Source of the DNA: an uncultured Verrucomicrobiota bacterium
Lineage (GTDB): Bacteria; Verrucomicrobiota; Kiritimatiellia; JAAZAB01
Length of the DNA: 64,000 bases
Direction of reading: 5' to 3'
Assembly: GCA_964491945.1 (NCBI GenBank)
Contig: CAZBHO010000008.1
Location: forward strand, 471 to 64,470
The notes below the pieces were generated by a model. That model saw nothing but the letters and a program-made list of their open reading frames with translations. It was not told the DNA's origin and made no database searches. This document shows, piece after piece, positions 19,675 to 30,193 of the stretch. The translations under genes were made by a program, and so were the position numbers. The stretch's first letter is position 1. Each line of letters starts with the position of its first letter.

Positions 19675-21930
19675 TTATGAAAACAAGTTTTCTGATTCTG
19701 GTTCATTTTCATCTAGTTCAGTTTCGCCTTTTTGCAGGCGATTAACTAATGCTTCCAGTTTGGCAATATAGTATGCGGTATTTTCATCTCTATTATTAGG
19801 ATCCCATTCGGTTATCAATTTTGCATTTTGGAATGCTGTTACTTTAGGTTTATTGCCAGTTATGTAATAAGAGATGCGGTCGCCGGGCTGATAGTTGAGT
19901 TTACTTTTAAGAGCAAGTTCGTAAGCTGCGTTTCTGCCTCTTGCAGACTTTGTTATTTTTGATGAATATGCAGCAAGTGATTCGTTTAACGTTTCTGTTT
20001 TTGCGAGTTTATGGATATCAATTTTGTGGTCTTCTATGGCTGTTTTGTATTTTTGGAATAGTGGCTCAATTTCATTTTCTTTATTGGTTAGTTTAAGGAA
20101 GAGGTAGTCGCGCATAAATTCGCGCAAGTACATTTCAAGTCCACGTGATTTGAGTGCCGCTCCTTTTATGATTACTTCTCCATCTTTTGTAAGGAGCGCA
20201 TAATTTTTCATTTTATAACTAAAGATAGCCTCATATTCTCCATCAAATTCTAGTGTTATCCCCTGTGGTAAAGAAGCTTGTAGATTTGCCTTGAATTTTT
20301 CGTAATCTACTTGATTGTTAAAGGAGGGAGGCACGTAGTATATGCCATCCGTATCGGCTTCTACTGGGATAGCACCATTTTGTTTTAGCCAGTTGATGAT
20401 GTGTTTTACAATTCTTCTACCTTCTTCTGTAATTTTTTCTGCTGCGCTGAAGTCTGCAAAGCGTGCTTGTGGGAAGGCAAGATAGCCGTAAAAAGAATTG
20501 ATCAAAATTTTGAAAGCGCTTTGTGTGGCTTCTATATTTAATTTTTCTTCGTGAGATTTGGCTTTAGAGAGTTTCTTTTTGGCTTCTAATCTGAATTTTG
20601 TAAATTGTTCAAGCAAGGATAGAAAGACATTTAATTTATCGTTTGAAGGAGCGATTTTATTTGCGAGCATAATTGAAGGGTACAAAGAACGTACATCGCA
20701 ATGATGGATATTTTGTATAACGCCTTTTACAAAGACGTCAGTGTAGCCGCCTGCAAAAGTCTTTTGTGTATCTGGTTCCGGGAGGCTATGTTTTTGATGG
20801 AGATATTCTTTAAGTAGTAGGGTCTCAACTTTAACTGCATTTCCGCGCAAGCAGGTATTTTGGTAATCCATAGGGAGCATTTGTGCTTGAGCAAAATATG
20901 TTCTGGAGAGAAGCTCGCTTAAAGCTCTTGTTTCTTTAACGTCATCTAAGGCATATTTTATTACAAGTTCTGGATTTTTTGCTATCGTTTCTGATATTTT
21001 TTCGCCGGGGAGGTAAGTTCTATCTTTGCTTGCAACTTTGAAATGGATTGCGGCTTCTTTTAATGAATGTCCTTCCAGAGTTCTATGGGCAAGGTCGTAT
21101 ATTAGGATGAGGAAATAGATATCAACTATGTGGCGCCCTTCTATCTGGAATTTTTCAAAAGAGATAGTTCTTTCTGCTGCCATAAATCTGCTTGGATGCG
21201 AAGATATTTCGCTTCCATCGCGTCCGAGCGTAAGTTTTACTCCGAGTTTTTTTGCTCTGGCTGTTATATAAGGCAGGTCGAAAGAAAAAAGGTTATAGCC
21301 TTCTATGACATCGGGGTCACGTTCTTTGATAATTTTGACGAAATCTTCCAGCAATTTTTTTTCGTTCTCTTGTTCATCAAAGAGTATTTTTTCCCAGCCA
21401 GTTGAATCGGTTAGAGCGATCAATGCGATGCGATCACCATCACGTTCTGGATTGGAGAATTCAAAGCCGGGGCTAACCACAGTTTCTATATCTACCTGAA
21501 GGCGTTTCAAATTTTCGAATGGTAAATCCGTAAAGAGAAAAGTATTTGTTGATGCAAGGAATTGTTCAATAGGATCTTTTAGGGCAAGCAGGGTGGGAAA
21601 AGCTTCTGCTATTGTTTTATTCTTCTTTGAGTTTTTTTTTATTATGTCGATAGCCTGTTCATATTCTGGTATGTTATTAAAACAGACCAGGTGTTTTATA
21701 GGCAGATCGCCTTTAAGAATTTCTTTGTGTACATATTTTAAATTAAGCTGATCCAGCACATTGGCATCTTTAAGCCACATAAATGGCTGGAAGCATACAG
21801 TGTTGCATACTAGCTCGTTGGTATTGGTCCTTGTATAGATGCGAAGGGAAGCTAGCTCTTTCGTATTTTGTTTATTTTGTTGTTTGATAGGGGATATGGC
21901 TACTATTCTTGTAGAGTCATTTTTTTTCAT
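19675..21930 (-). CDS. polB: Family-B DNA polymerase (DNA polymerase II-like)
   Basis: 751 aa. All family-B motifs are present: Exo I (VDIET), Exo II (YNLFSFDLPYI), Exo III (YALDD), Pol A (DVRSLYPSIM), Pol B (KILINSFYGYL) and Pol C (ADTDGIYY). Confidence 0.8.
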   Translation of the reverse strand: MKKNDSTRIVAISPIKQQNKQNTKELASLRIYTRTNTNELVCNTVCFQPFMWLKDANVLDQLNLKYVHKEILKGDLPIKHLVCFNNIPEYEQAIDIIKKNSKKNKTIAEAFPTLLALKDPIEQFLASTNTFLFTDLPFENLKRLQVDIETVVSPGFEFSNPERDGDRIALIALTDSTGWEKILFDEQENEKKLLEDFVKIIKERDPDVIEGYNLFSFDLPYITARAKKLGVKLTLGRDGSEISSHPSRFMAAERTISFEKFQIEGRHIVDIYFLILIYDLAHRTLEGHSLKEAAIHFKVASKDRTYLPGEKISETIAKNPELVIKYALDDVKETRALSELLSRTYFAQAQMLPMDYQNTCLRGNAVKVETLLLKEYLHQKHSLPEPDTQKTFAGGYTDVFVKGVIQNIHHCDVRSLYPSIMLANKIAPSNDKLNVFLSLLEQFTKFRLEAKKKLSKAKSHEEKLNIEATQSAFKILINSFYGYLAFPQARFADFSAAEKITEEGRRIVKHIINWLKQNGAIPVEADTDGIYYVPPSFNNQVDYEKFKANLQASLPQGITLEFDGEYEAIFSYKMKNYALLTKDGEVIIKGAALKSRGLEMYLREFMRDYLFLKLTNKENEIEPLFQKYKTAIEDHKIDIHKLAKTETLNESLAAYSSKITKSARGRNAAYELALKSKLNYQPGDRISYYITGNKPKVTAFQNAKLITEWDPNNRDENTAYYIAKLEALVNRLQKGETELDENEPESENLFS

Positions 21931-21954
21931 AAGGCTTTTATTGGTTTTTGTAAA

Positions 21955-24483
21955 CTATCTTATATTCTCATCCAGCTTAATTGGAAGTGGATGAATATGC
22001 CATATATCGCGCACATATTCTTTTATTGTGCGATCACTTGAGAATTTGCCCATTCTTGCGACATTGAGTATTGCTGAACGTGTCCATTTTTGTTGATTCA
22101 GGAATAGGTTAGAGACTTTTTGCTGGCAGTGAAGGTATGGTCTATAATCTGCTAGCAAGAAGTAGTAATCTCCGAATTCAGTTAGTGCCTTGTGCAGGCA
22201 ACTGAACAGGCCCGGTGTTTCAGGTGAGAACTCGTTGCCTGCCAGTGAGGCAAGCACAGCCTGGAGTTCAGGATCTTTTTCTACGAATGCCATTGGATTA
22301 TATTGTGAGCGCATTTTAGCTATTTGTTCGGCGCGGTATCCGAATATGAAGATATTTTCCAGCCCCACCTCTTGAGCTATTTCTATATTTGCGCCGTCCC
22401 ATGTTCCTATTGTTATTGCGCCATTTAACGCTAGTTTCATGTTGCCTGTTCCTGAAGCTTCCATTCCAGCGGTTGATATTTGTTCTGAAAGGTCTGCTGC
22501 AGGTATGATAATTTCTGCTAAAGACACATCGTAATCAGGGATAAACACTACTTTTATTCTTCCGTTTACATCGGGATCGCTATTGATGCGATCTCCAAGA
22601 CTGTTAATTAGTTTAATTATGTGTTTGGCTTGTGTATAGCTTGGTGCAGCTTTGGCGCCAAATATGAATGTGCGTGGCACAATATCCATTGATGGATTTG
22701 CTTTTAGCCTGTGATATAGCGTAATTATATGCATTGCATTAAGGAGCTGCCTCTTGTATTCATGGAGGCGCTTAACCTGCACATCAAACAGTGAGTCAGG
22801 ATCAACTAGTTCACCTGTTTTTTTGCGTATGTATTGAGCGAGGCGCTCTTTGTTTTTGCGTTTAACTTCTCTAAATTTTTTCTGGAATTGCGAGTTATCA
22901 GCATATTTTTCTAATTTGCGGAGTTCGTCAAGATCTCTTATCCATTGGTCACCTATGGTATCGGTTATGAGTCTGGCAAGCAGAGGATTGCTCATCAGTA
23001 GCCATCTGCGTTGTGTGATGCCGTTTGTTTTGTTGCTGAATTTGCCGGGATACATTTCCGCAAAATCTTTGAAGACTCGTTCTTTGAGTAAACGTGTATG
23101 GAGTTCTGAAACTCCATTAACGGCATGACTGCCAACGATTGCCAGGTTAGCCATCCTAACTTGTTTTGTAGGACTTTCTTCTATGATGGACATTCTAGCC
23201 ATTTTTTCTAAATTGTTTGGGAAAGTTGCTACAACTTTTTGCAGGAAGCGATGGTTAATTTCATAAATTAGTTGAAGATGACGTGGCAGCACTTTTTCCA
23301 GAAGAGGAACAGGCCATTTTTCCAATGCTTCTGGCATTATTGTGTGGTTGGTGTAGCCAAAGGTTTTGAGGGTAATATCCCAGGCGGTGTCCCATGGCAG
23401 GTTAACCTCATCTCTAAAGAAGCGCATCAACTCAACGATGGCCAGGGTAGGATGTGTATCATTAAGTTGTATGGCGTTTTTGTGGGGAAAATCTTCCCAT
23501 TTATGGCTAACTTTCTGGAAACGGCGTATGATATCTCTTATTGAGCAGGTGCATAAGAAATACTCTTGTATAAGGCGTAGTTCTTTTCCTGCAGAAGTAT
23601 TGTCGGAGGGGTATAAAACTTTTGTTACTGTTTCTGCCCAGTTTTTTTCCTGCATAGCGTTTACGTAGTCGCCCTGGTTAAAGACTTCAAGTCGGAAGCC
23701 TTCACTTGCCCTTGAACTCCATAGTCGCAAGAAGTTAACCGTGTTAACGCCGTAGCCTATCACAGGAATATCATAGGGCACACCTTCAAAGAGTTGCCAA
23801 TCAACCCATGTTGGGGTTTCTATCCCTCTTGCGCCTCGCACATTTACAACTCTACCATAAACGAGCACAGGGATTGTGTATTCAGGTCTAATCATTTCCC
23901 ATGGGTAGCCATATTTCATCCAGTCATCTGGTTTTTCGCGTTGCCAGCCGTTTTCCAGTTCCTGTCTGAACATTCCGTGTTCATATCTTATGCCATAGCC
24001 ATAGGCTGGCAATTCCATTGTTGCCATAGAGTCAAGAAAGCATGCGGCAAGTCTGCCGAGACCGCCGTTGCCCAGTCCGGCATCACGTTCTTCTCGGCTG
24101 ATAATTTCCCAGTCTAGATTTAGTTCTTCAAGAGCCTTTTGGGCTTCTGACCAAACTTTAAGTGCAATCATATTGTTTGCTAGGAGTCTACCCATCAGGA
24201 ATTCCATTGAAAGGTAGTAAACTCTTTTAACATCGTGTTTAAAGTAAGCACCTTGCGTGGCGATCATTCTTTCAACAGCCAGATCGCGTATGGTGAGGGC
24301 AAGACTTAAGTATTTATCGTAATCAGTTCCCGAACTCCAATTCTTGCAACGGGTGTATTTTAAATGATGTTCTATTCCTCTGCGGATATCTTCTTTTGTT
24401 ATTTCTGTAGGTTTTTTTACGTAATAATCTGTTGAAAATGACTGTTCTTTTTCAATATCGCTCTTTTTCTTCGTCTTCTTCAT
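21955..24483 (-). CDS. glgP: Glycogen/alpha-glucan phosphorylase
   Basis: 842 aa with the PLP site 'EASGTGNMKLALNGA' and a typical N-terminal 'FLMGR' region. Confidence 0.9.
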   Translation of the reverse strand: MKKTKKKSDIEKEQSFSTDYYVKKPTEITKEDIRRGIEHHLKYTRCKNWSSGTDYDKYLSLALTIRDLAVERMIATQGAYFKHDVKRVYYLSMEFLMGRLLANNMIALKVWSEAQKALEELNLDWEIISREERDAGLGNGGLGRLAACFLDSMATMELPAYGYGIRYEHGMFRQELENGWQREKPDDWMKYGYPWEMIRPEYTIPVLVYGRVVNVRGARGIETPTWVDWQLFEGVPYDIPVIGYGVNTVNFLRLWSSRASEGFRLEVFNQGDYVNAMQEKNWAETVTKVLYPSDNTSAGKELRLIQEYFLCTCSIRDIIRRFQKVSHKWEDFPHKNAIQLNDTHPTLAIVELMRFFRDEVNLPWDTAWDITLKTFGYTNHTIMPEALEKWPVPLLEKVLPRHLQLIYEINHRFLQKVVATFPNNLEKMARMSIIEESPTKQVRMANLAIVGSHAVNGVSELHTRLLKERVFKDFAEMYPGKFSNKTNGITQRRWLLMSNPLLARLITDTIGDQWIRDLDELRKLEKYADNSQFQKKFREVKRKNKERLAQYIRKKTGELVDPDSLFDVQVKRLHEYKRQLLNAMHIITLYHRLKANPSMDIVPRTFIFGAKAAPSYTQAKHIIKLINSLGDRINSDPDVNGRIKVVFIPDYDVSLAEIIIPAADLSEQISTAGMEASGTGNMKLALNGAITIGTWDGANIEIAQEVGLENIFIFGYRAEQIAKMRSQYNPMAFVEKDPELQAVLASLAGNEFSPETPGLFSCLHKALTEFGDYYFLLADYRPYLHCQQKVSNLFLNQQKWTRSAILNVARMGKFSSDRTIKEYVRDIWHIHPLPIKLDENIR

Positions 24484-24716
24484 AGTGTTACCTCTTGAAA
24501 GAATTATTTAAATCCTCATAGATATTAGCAGTTAATAGTTCTACTAAGAGAGCAATTTTAAAACTTGCATATAACTTGCTTATAAAAACTCTTATGTAGG
24601 ATTATGCAGCTATTGTCAATTATAAAATTGTGGCATATTTCTTTAAAGAATAATAAATTATGTACTCTTTAGAAAAAAGAAATGCTATGGCATCTGGAAT
24701 GCTTTAAGCAAATGCT

Positions 24717-25427
24717 ATGAACTTTTTTTTGACAAAATGTAGTTTCATAAGACAGCGTGGACTGTTTTGTTTTTTATTGATTTTGGCAGAGGTGCTTTAT
24801 GTAGAGTGCTCTTTTGCGCAATTTTCTGGACCTTCCAAATTGAAACAGCTAGAAATGAAGGCAGAAGATAGAGATTTTTATGCAAAGCGCACAAAAGAGC
24901 TTGAAATGCGGCTGAGCGAAGCGGAGATGGTGATTTCTAATATGACACGTCAGCTGGAAAGTCAGCGTCCGCAGGAGGCAGCAAAGAGGATACAGGAGCT
25001 GGAAAGGAAAGCGCTTGCTTATGATGCCATAGTGCAGTCTGTTGAAAAAAAGGATGGCACATTGGTAAGCGTTTCCACAAAACTTTCCGAAGCAGAAAGG
25101 ATAAACAACGAGTTGCGTCAGAAAGTTAGCGAATTAGAGAAGAAGATAGTGGAGCTTGAAGATGAAATAAAGCGATTAAAGGATGTTGAAGCAGGGCTAC
25201 GCAGCACCATTCAACAGATGATGTTAGGAAACTTTGAATACTATGAGGTTAAGGAAGGCGATACGATCTCTTCAATAGCGGCAAAGCCCACTGTTTATGG
25301 TGATGCTTCCAAAGCAATATGGCTAAAGCAAGCTAATAGAAACTGGATAGCAGATTTTGATTCACTGGAGCCGGGCGAAGTTTTGATTATTCCACGTTTT
25401 CCACCAGCTGGTCGCTACGAATTTTAA
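24717..25427 (+). CDS. Secreted coiled-coil protein with a C-terminal LysM peptidoglycan-binding domain
   Basis: 236 aa. Signal peptide, a long coiled coil (QELERKALAYD...VELEDEIKRLKD) and a LysM motif (YEVKEGDTISSIAAK...PGEVLIIP). Confidence 0.6.
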   Translation: MNFFLTKCSFIRQRGLFCFLLILAEVLYVECSFAQFSGPSKLKQLEMKAEDRDFYAKRTKELEMRLSEAEMVISNMTRQLESQRPQEAAKRIQELERKALAYDAIVQSVEKKDGTLVSVSTKLSEAERINNELRQKVSELEKKIVELEDEIKRLKDVEAGLRSTIQQMMLGNFEYYEVKEGDTISSIAAKPTVYGDASKAIWLKQANRNWIADFDSLEPGEVLIIPRFPPAGRYEF

Positions 25428-25439
25428 CGAGGTATTTTA

Positions 25440-26216
25440 ATGAAGCCATTAACAGCAATTCTGGTTGATGATGAAGTTCTTACAAGATGGATAACGAAAA
25501 GAGCTATAGAAAATCTAGGGATAACTGTTTTTGAAGCGGAATCCTGTGCTGAAGCAGAGGGGAAATTTTTATCGCTTTCTTTTGATCTGGCTATTCTTGA
25601 CCACAGGTTGCCGGATGGTTTTGGAGTAGATATTTTAAGGAAACTACGCTCCAACAGATGGGGTGGTGTGGCAATATATCTTACGGCAGAGACGGAACTT
25701 ATAGATGAAGAGTTGCAGCGTAGTTTAGATATTTATAAATTGATCAAGAAACCACTGAATATAGAAGAACTAAAAGATGTGATTTCTGGGTTATCTATTG
25801 TTGGGAAAGGACAGGCAGCGCCATTGGTGGAAAGCGATTTCCGCAAGGTTGGCAATTTTAGTTTATTTGCTGGTAAGATGCTGTTAAATGAAGAATCGCT
25901 AGAAAAGGTTAGAAACGAATGCAGTAGCAGTGGCTGGGTTGCTGTGGATCTTAAGGATATTAATGCTATTTCGGAAAATGAAATAAAGATGCTTGTTGAG
26001 CTTGCGAATACTTGCAGAGAAAGGCGTGGTAGGTTTTGTGTTGTGGGGGCGAGTGGGAAGCTAATAAGTTATTTTATTGAGAAGGGGATTGATAAAGAAT
26101 TTGATATGGTTTCTGATGAAGATTTTTTGGAGGCGCTTTCTCGTAGACCAACATCAATTTGTGAGCGCTCTATGTTATTGGATAGCGTTATAATTCGTGA
26201 AAATAAACGAGAATAG
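25440..26216 (+). CDS. Response regulator with a STAS (anti-sigma-antagonist-like) output domain
   Basis: 258 aa. REC features: DD (10-11), phospho-Asp in 'AILDHRLPDG', T in 'YLTAE', K in 'LIKKP'. The C-terminal domain is STAS-like. Confidence 0.55.
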   Translation: MKPLTAILVDDEVLTRWITKRAIENLGITVFEAESCAEAEGKFLSLSFDLAILDHRLPDGFGVDILRKLRSNRWGGVAIYLTAETELIDEELQRSLDIYKLIKKPLNIEELKDVISGLSIVGKGQAAPLVESDFRKVGNFSLFAGKMLLNEESLEKVRNECSSSGWVAVDLKDINAISENEIKMLVELANTCRERRGRFCVVGASGKLISYFIEKGIDKEFDMVSDEDFLEALSRRPTSICERSMLLDSVIIRENKRE

Positions 26217-26219
26217 GCT

Positions 26220-28490
26220 ATGAAACAAATAATGCAATTTTTTAAAAGCGCAGAAAGTAGCAGGTTTCTTAATAAGATCGCTAAAATCGGTATGGTAATA
26301 TTTGCGGCGGCTGCTATTGGCGTTTCTATTTTCTTGTATGCAAAAGCTTTTTCGTTTAAGCCAGAGCCAACTGAAATTAAAGCCATGCACGAAGCTCAGT
26401 TCCTTGCGTTTATTCGTGATGCCAGAAATCTTGCCTTGCATATGCGCTTTGAGGAAGCGGAGAAGAAGTTGAGAGCTGCAATAGATCAGGCGCCAAACCA
26501 CAAATTAAAAGTTAGCGCCGCGTTGGCAATGGGTGAAGCTTTAATGATACATTCCCGCTATAAGGCGCATCCTTATGCTTTAATGACTATGCGATATCTC
26601 GAAGGTGTTCTGGAATTAAAAGATGAACTTACGGAAGAAGAAAAACGAAGAACCTACGAAGCAATTTTTCAGACGCTGACGATCCAGAAAGATGTTTCTA
26701 CCGCTTTGAAATATCTACCTGATGCCATTAAAGAGTTTCCATCTGATAAGGATAAGACGGCTATTTATGAACAGCTTATAAAATTATCTATGGAGTATGG
26801 CTCTTATAGCGGAACTTTGAAGTTGTTACAAGAAGCAAAAGAGCTATTTAAAAGAGGAGGTGATATTGACTTCATAACTTTTACGGAACTTCAGGCAAAG
26901 GAAAAAGCATTTTGGAATGAAGATTGGTTTAAAGAATATAAAGCCCGCTTTTCTCCTACAGAACCGGAAAAAGAACTTAAAACAAGTTTACTATCTGACG
27001 TTATAAAAGAGTATCAACGGATTGCGCAAAAAGCAAAAAAGGAAAGGAAGGCAGAATGTCTTTTCAGAATAGGGAGGCTTCTTGAAAGAGCTGGCGAATA
27101 TCAATCTGCGAAAAAGTATATGCAGGAGTTTTTAGATAGTAATCCTTCTTCCTTTGCCGATGAGGCAATGCTGGTTTTGATGAGAATAGGGATGGCAGAG
27201 GGGAACTTGCGAATGACGTTGGAGAACGCTTTTGCTTACATCAACCGTTATTGGGTTAATGATAAATCTTACGAAGCGCTTCTTGCTGCAATCAAGATGG
27301 CAGAAGAAAAATACAATTATGCTGATGCTTATAAGCTGGCAAACAACATTACGCAGTTGGCTGTTTGTGAAAAAAGAGAGCTTTTCCATCTTTATGCTGC
27401 ACGTGTGGCAAACAGGCTGGGACTTAATAATGAAGCTGCATGGCACTATATGCAGTATTTACAGTCCTTTCCTGACAATGCTCATCTGTCAAGTTTTTTA
27501 AGGACAATGGCAGATATATGTATTGAAAGGAATGATCTTGTGAGTGCAGATAGATGGTTGAATGAGTATTTAGTTCGTCTTCCCTTCACAAAGGAATCGG
27601 AAGATGTGCTATATCAACTCTGCCAGGTCCGTATAAAAAATAATGCGCCGTTGCCCGACATTCTATTTGTCGGGATGTTAACGTCTGAGATGAATCCTTC
27701 CAACCATCAAACTTTAGAGATACTTCTTGCTGTTGCCAGACAGATGGAAGAGGCAGGTGTTTATGGACTTGCTGAAAAGCAATATAATAAGATAGCACTT
27801 ATGAGATATGCACATGGCAAGGAAGATGGCAAAGAACCTTCAGATATTACTCAAATTATAGCTCAAGCCACTTTGGGCAAAGCACGTTGCCTGCTATTTA
27901 AAGGGGATCTTGTGAAAGCGGATCATCTGTTTAGGGAGATATGCCGCATTTATAAATCCGGGCCAGTTCGTTCAGAAGCAGCTTACTGGTGGGGCACTAT
28001 GGCTGTGGCTGAAGATCAACTCGAAGAAGCCCTGCGTAGATTCAATATGGTTAATAGAGATGAGTTGCCAAAAGACCTTGCTGCAAGATATGATTTCGAA
28101 GTAAATCTAATTGAAATTCAGAAGCGTGGCAAAACTTCGTATACGCTTGCGGCGCTGTTTGCAAACCTATCTCAACTGCCAGCTGCAGAACGCTATAAAT
28201 ATGCCAGCAAAGCCTTTGCTGCTTATTTTAAGAGAATGGAAGAACTAAATGATGTTGTCGGGATGAAGGCTCTGCTTGACTATGTGTCAAAAAGCCCCTA
28301 TGCCGAAAATGTTCCATTAAAAGATTATTATTTCCGTATGGCTTACAAGATGCTTAAAGATCAGCAGATAAGTGGCATTGTAATGAATGCTTTGTTAGGC
28401 GGCGGCACAAGATCGCTGACATCTGCTGAAATAAATGGAATTCAACAGCAAGCGTCTGATATAAAAGATGTTTTAACGAAAAATCTTTAA
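26220..28490 (+). CDS. Membrane-anchored TPR-repeat protein
   Basis: 756 aa with an N-terminal TM (IGMVIFAAAAIGVSIFLY) and multiple TPR-like helical repeats. Confidence 0.55.
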   Translation: MKQIMQFFKSAESSRFLNKIAKIGMVIFAAAAIGVSIFLYAKAFSFKPEPTEIKAMHEAQFLAFIRDARNLALHMRFEEAEKKLRAAIDQAPNHKLKVSAALAMGEALMIHSRYKAHPYALMTMRYLEGVLELKDELTEEEKRRTYEAIFQTLTIQKDVSTALKYLPDAIKEFPSDKDKTAIYEQLIKLSMEYGSYSGTLKLLQEAKELFKRGGDIDFITFTELQAKEKAFWNEDWFKEYKARFSPTEPEKELKTSLLSDVIKEYQRIAQKAKKERKAECLFRIGRLLERAGEYQSAKKYMQEFLDSNPSSFADEAMLVLMRIGMAEGNLRMTLENAFAYINRYWVNDKSYEALLAAIKMAEEKYNYADAYKLANNITQLAVCEKRELFHLYAARVANRLGLNNEAAWHYMQYLQSFPDNAHLSSFLRTMADICIERNDLVSADRWLNEYLVRLPFTKESEDVLYQLCQVRIKNNAPLPDILFVGMLTSEMNPSNHQTLEILLAVARQMEEAGVYGLAEKQYNKIALMRYAHGKEDGKEPSDITQIIAQATLGKARCLLFKGDLVKADHLFREICRIYKSGPVRSEAAYWWGTMAVAEDQLEEALRRFNMVNRDELPKDLAARYDFEVNLIEIQKRGKTSYTLAALFANLSQLPAAERYKYASKAFAAYFKRMEELNDVVGMKALLDYVSKSPYAENVPLKDYYFRMAYKMLKDQQISGIVMNALLGGGTRSLTSAEINGIQQQASDIKDVLTKNL

Positions 28491-28507
28491 AAATAGAAGG
28501 GCTTATT

Positions 28508-28888
28508 ATGAGTGAGCAAGAGATAATAGCAACGCTTATTAAGGGGCGTGATAGGTGTAGAAAACTTATACAGCTCTATAGGAATTTGCATCTTAATGAA
28601 GATGCAAATGGCGCTAAAAAATCTTATGACCTTACTTCTATGAATACAATCAGCGTTTTATTATCTCAGATGCTTGAGTGCTTAAGGAGCCTGCCACCAA
28701 AGCCGTCTTTAAAGATAACTTCTATGCCAGATAAGATTCAGGCAGAAAAAATAATGCAGGAAATTCATGATCTGATAGAGGGAGTAATTGTGGCAGAGCG
28801 TGAAATCAGAGAACGTTACCTAAAACAGAACACACCACCTGCTGGTGCCAGCAGGCTTTCTGCTTTGCGTTTATATGCCGGAGGATAG
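28508..28888 (+). CDS. Hypothetical protein (126 aa)
   Basis: ORF with an RBS (GAAGGG) immediately upstream of the sensor kinase gene. No recognisable motif. Confidence 0.35.
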   Translation: MSEQEIIATLIKGRDRCRKLIQLYRNLHLNEDANGAKKSYDLTSMNTISVLLSQMLECLRSLPPKPSLKITSMPDKIQAEKIMQEIHDLIEGVIVAEREIRERYLKQNTPPAGASRLSALRLYAGG

Positions 28889-28893
28889 AAAAT

Positions 28894-30192
28894 ATGGAAA
28901 CAACAGTTTTAACACAGGAAAAAGAGATTGCAGCCAAAACTGCGCAGGAGCGCAAGCAGACATTTGAAATTTTGAAAACAAACGAGGTGCTTGATCGCAT
29001 AAGAAACGCCTTTGAAGTTTTTGATGCTCAAAGCGCAATGTTGCAACGCTCATTTGAAAATCTGCGTAGGAATCTTGCAGAAGCCAATCATCAGCTTCAA
29101 TTAAAGAACAAAGCCCTTTCCGATAAAGTTCAGGAGCTCGAACAAATGTCTAGCCGTCTGCAGTGCATACTGGATAGTCAGGCAGATGCCGTGCTGGTGG
29201 TGGGTCCATGTTTAATTATAGAGCGATGCAATCCTGTTGCTGAAGTTTTGCTTGAGAAGCCACGAATGCAGATAGAGGGCAGTATATATTCTGATGTGTT
29301 AAATGGGCTTGGCAACTTACAGGCATTAAAGGCAGCTCTGGAAGAAGGGATTACCTGCGTTGATGAGCAACGGGCACATACTGATGCACATGGACAAAAG
29401 AGGATCGTGCTTGCAAGCATATCTCCCATTTACACGCAGGAACGCAAGATTATAGGGGCAGTGGAAGTTTTGCGTGATGTTACGCGCCTTCGCTTTTTAG
29501 AGGAGCGAATGCAGCATCAGAAGCGTATGGCAGTTTTGGGTGAAATGGCTGCAAGCGTGGCTCATGAAATAAGGAATCCGCTCGGAACCATAGAAGGCTT
29601 TGCAAGACTTTTAAAAAGCGATCTTGAGCGTGATAAATTGCATAACCATGCCAGACTTGCCTCAAAAATCATAGAAGGCGCCCAAAATTTAAATTACGTC
29701 ATTACCAATCTTCTTACTTATGCCAGACCTATGTCTTTGCAGTATGAGACCTTTGAGGCAGCTCACCTCCTTTCAACCAGTGCAGATCAGCTGATGCCAC
29801 TTGCGGCGCAATATAAAGTTCAATTGGATATAGTTCAGCCTGCTTCTCCCATATCTATAAATGGCGATATACGTCAATTGCGGCAGGTGATTGTGAATTT
29901 AGGTAGGAACGCCATTGAAGCCTGTAAAGCGGGTGGCAAAGTTTCCATTAGTATAACTGAACGGCGGCGGATGATAACGATTTCTGTGATTGATAATGGC
30001 TGTGGAATTAATCCAAAGGATCTGCCAAAGATTTTTGACCCATTCTTTACCCGCAAGGAAGGCGGCACGGGATTGGGGTTATCGCTTTGTCATAAAATAG
30101 TTGCTGCCCATGGCGGCGATATAAATGTAAACAGTGTTGTAGGGAAAGGCACCACTATCAATGTAGTGTTGCCACAATATGGAGGTAAGTAA
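28894..30192 (+). CDS. Sensor histidine kinase (PAS + HisKA + HATPase), NtrB/FlrB-like
   Basis: 432 aa with an H-box 'VAHEIRNPLGTIEGFARLL' and N/G boxes (GRNAIEA, DNGCGI, GGTGLGLS). Overlaps the downstream regulator. Confidence 0.8.
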   Translation: METTVLTQEKEIAAKTAQERKQTFEILKTNEVLDRIRNAFEVFDAQSAMLQRSFENLRRNLAEANHQLQLKNKALSDKVQELEQMSSRLQCILDSQADAVLVVGPCLIIERCNPVAEVLLEKPRMQIEGSIYSDVLNGLGNLQALKAALEEGITCVDEQRAHTDAHGQKRIVLASISPIYTQERKIIGAVEVLRDVTRLRFLEERMQHQKRMAVLGEMAASVAHEIRNPLGTIEGFARLLKSDLERDKLHNHARLASKIIEGAQNLNYVITNLLTYARPMSLQYETFEAAHLLSTSADQLMPLAAQYKVQLDIVQPASPISINGDIRQLRQVIVNLGRNAIEACKAGGKVSISITERRRMITISVIDNGCGINPKDLPKIFDPFFTRKEGGTGLGLSLCHKIVAAHGGDINVNSVVGKGTTINVVLPQYGGK

Positions 30193-30193
30193 T

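Noticed and set aside
24688-24703. TGGCAT-N5-ATGC sigma-54-like motif upstream of the LysM gene
   Set aside because: The GG/GC spacing is right, but the -12 element is imperfect. The site would put the TSS about 4 nt before the only plausible start codon, leaving no room for an RBS.
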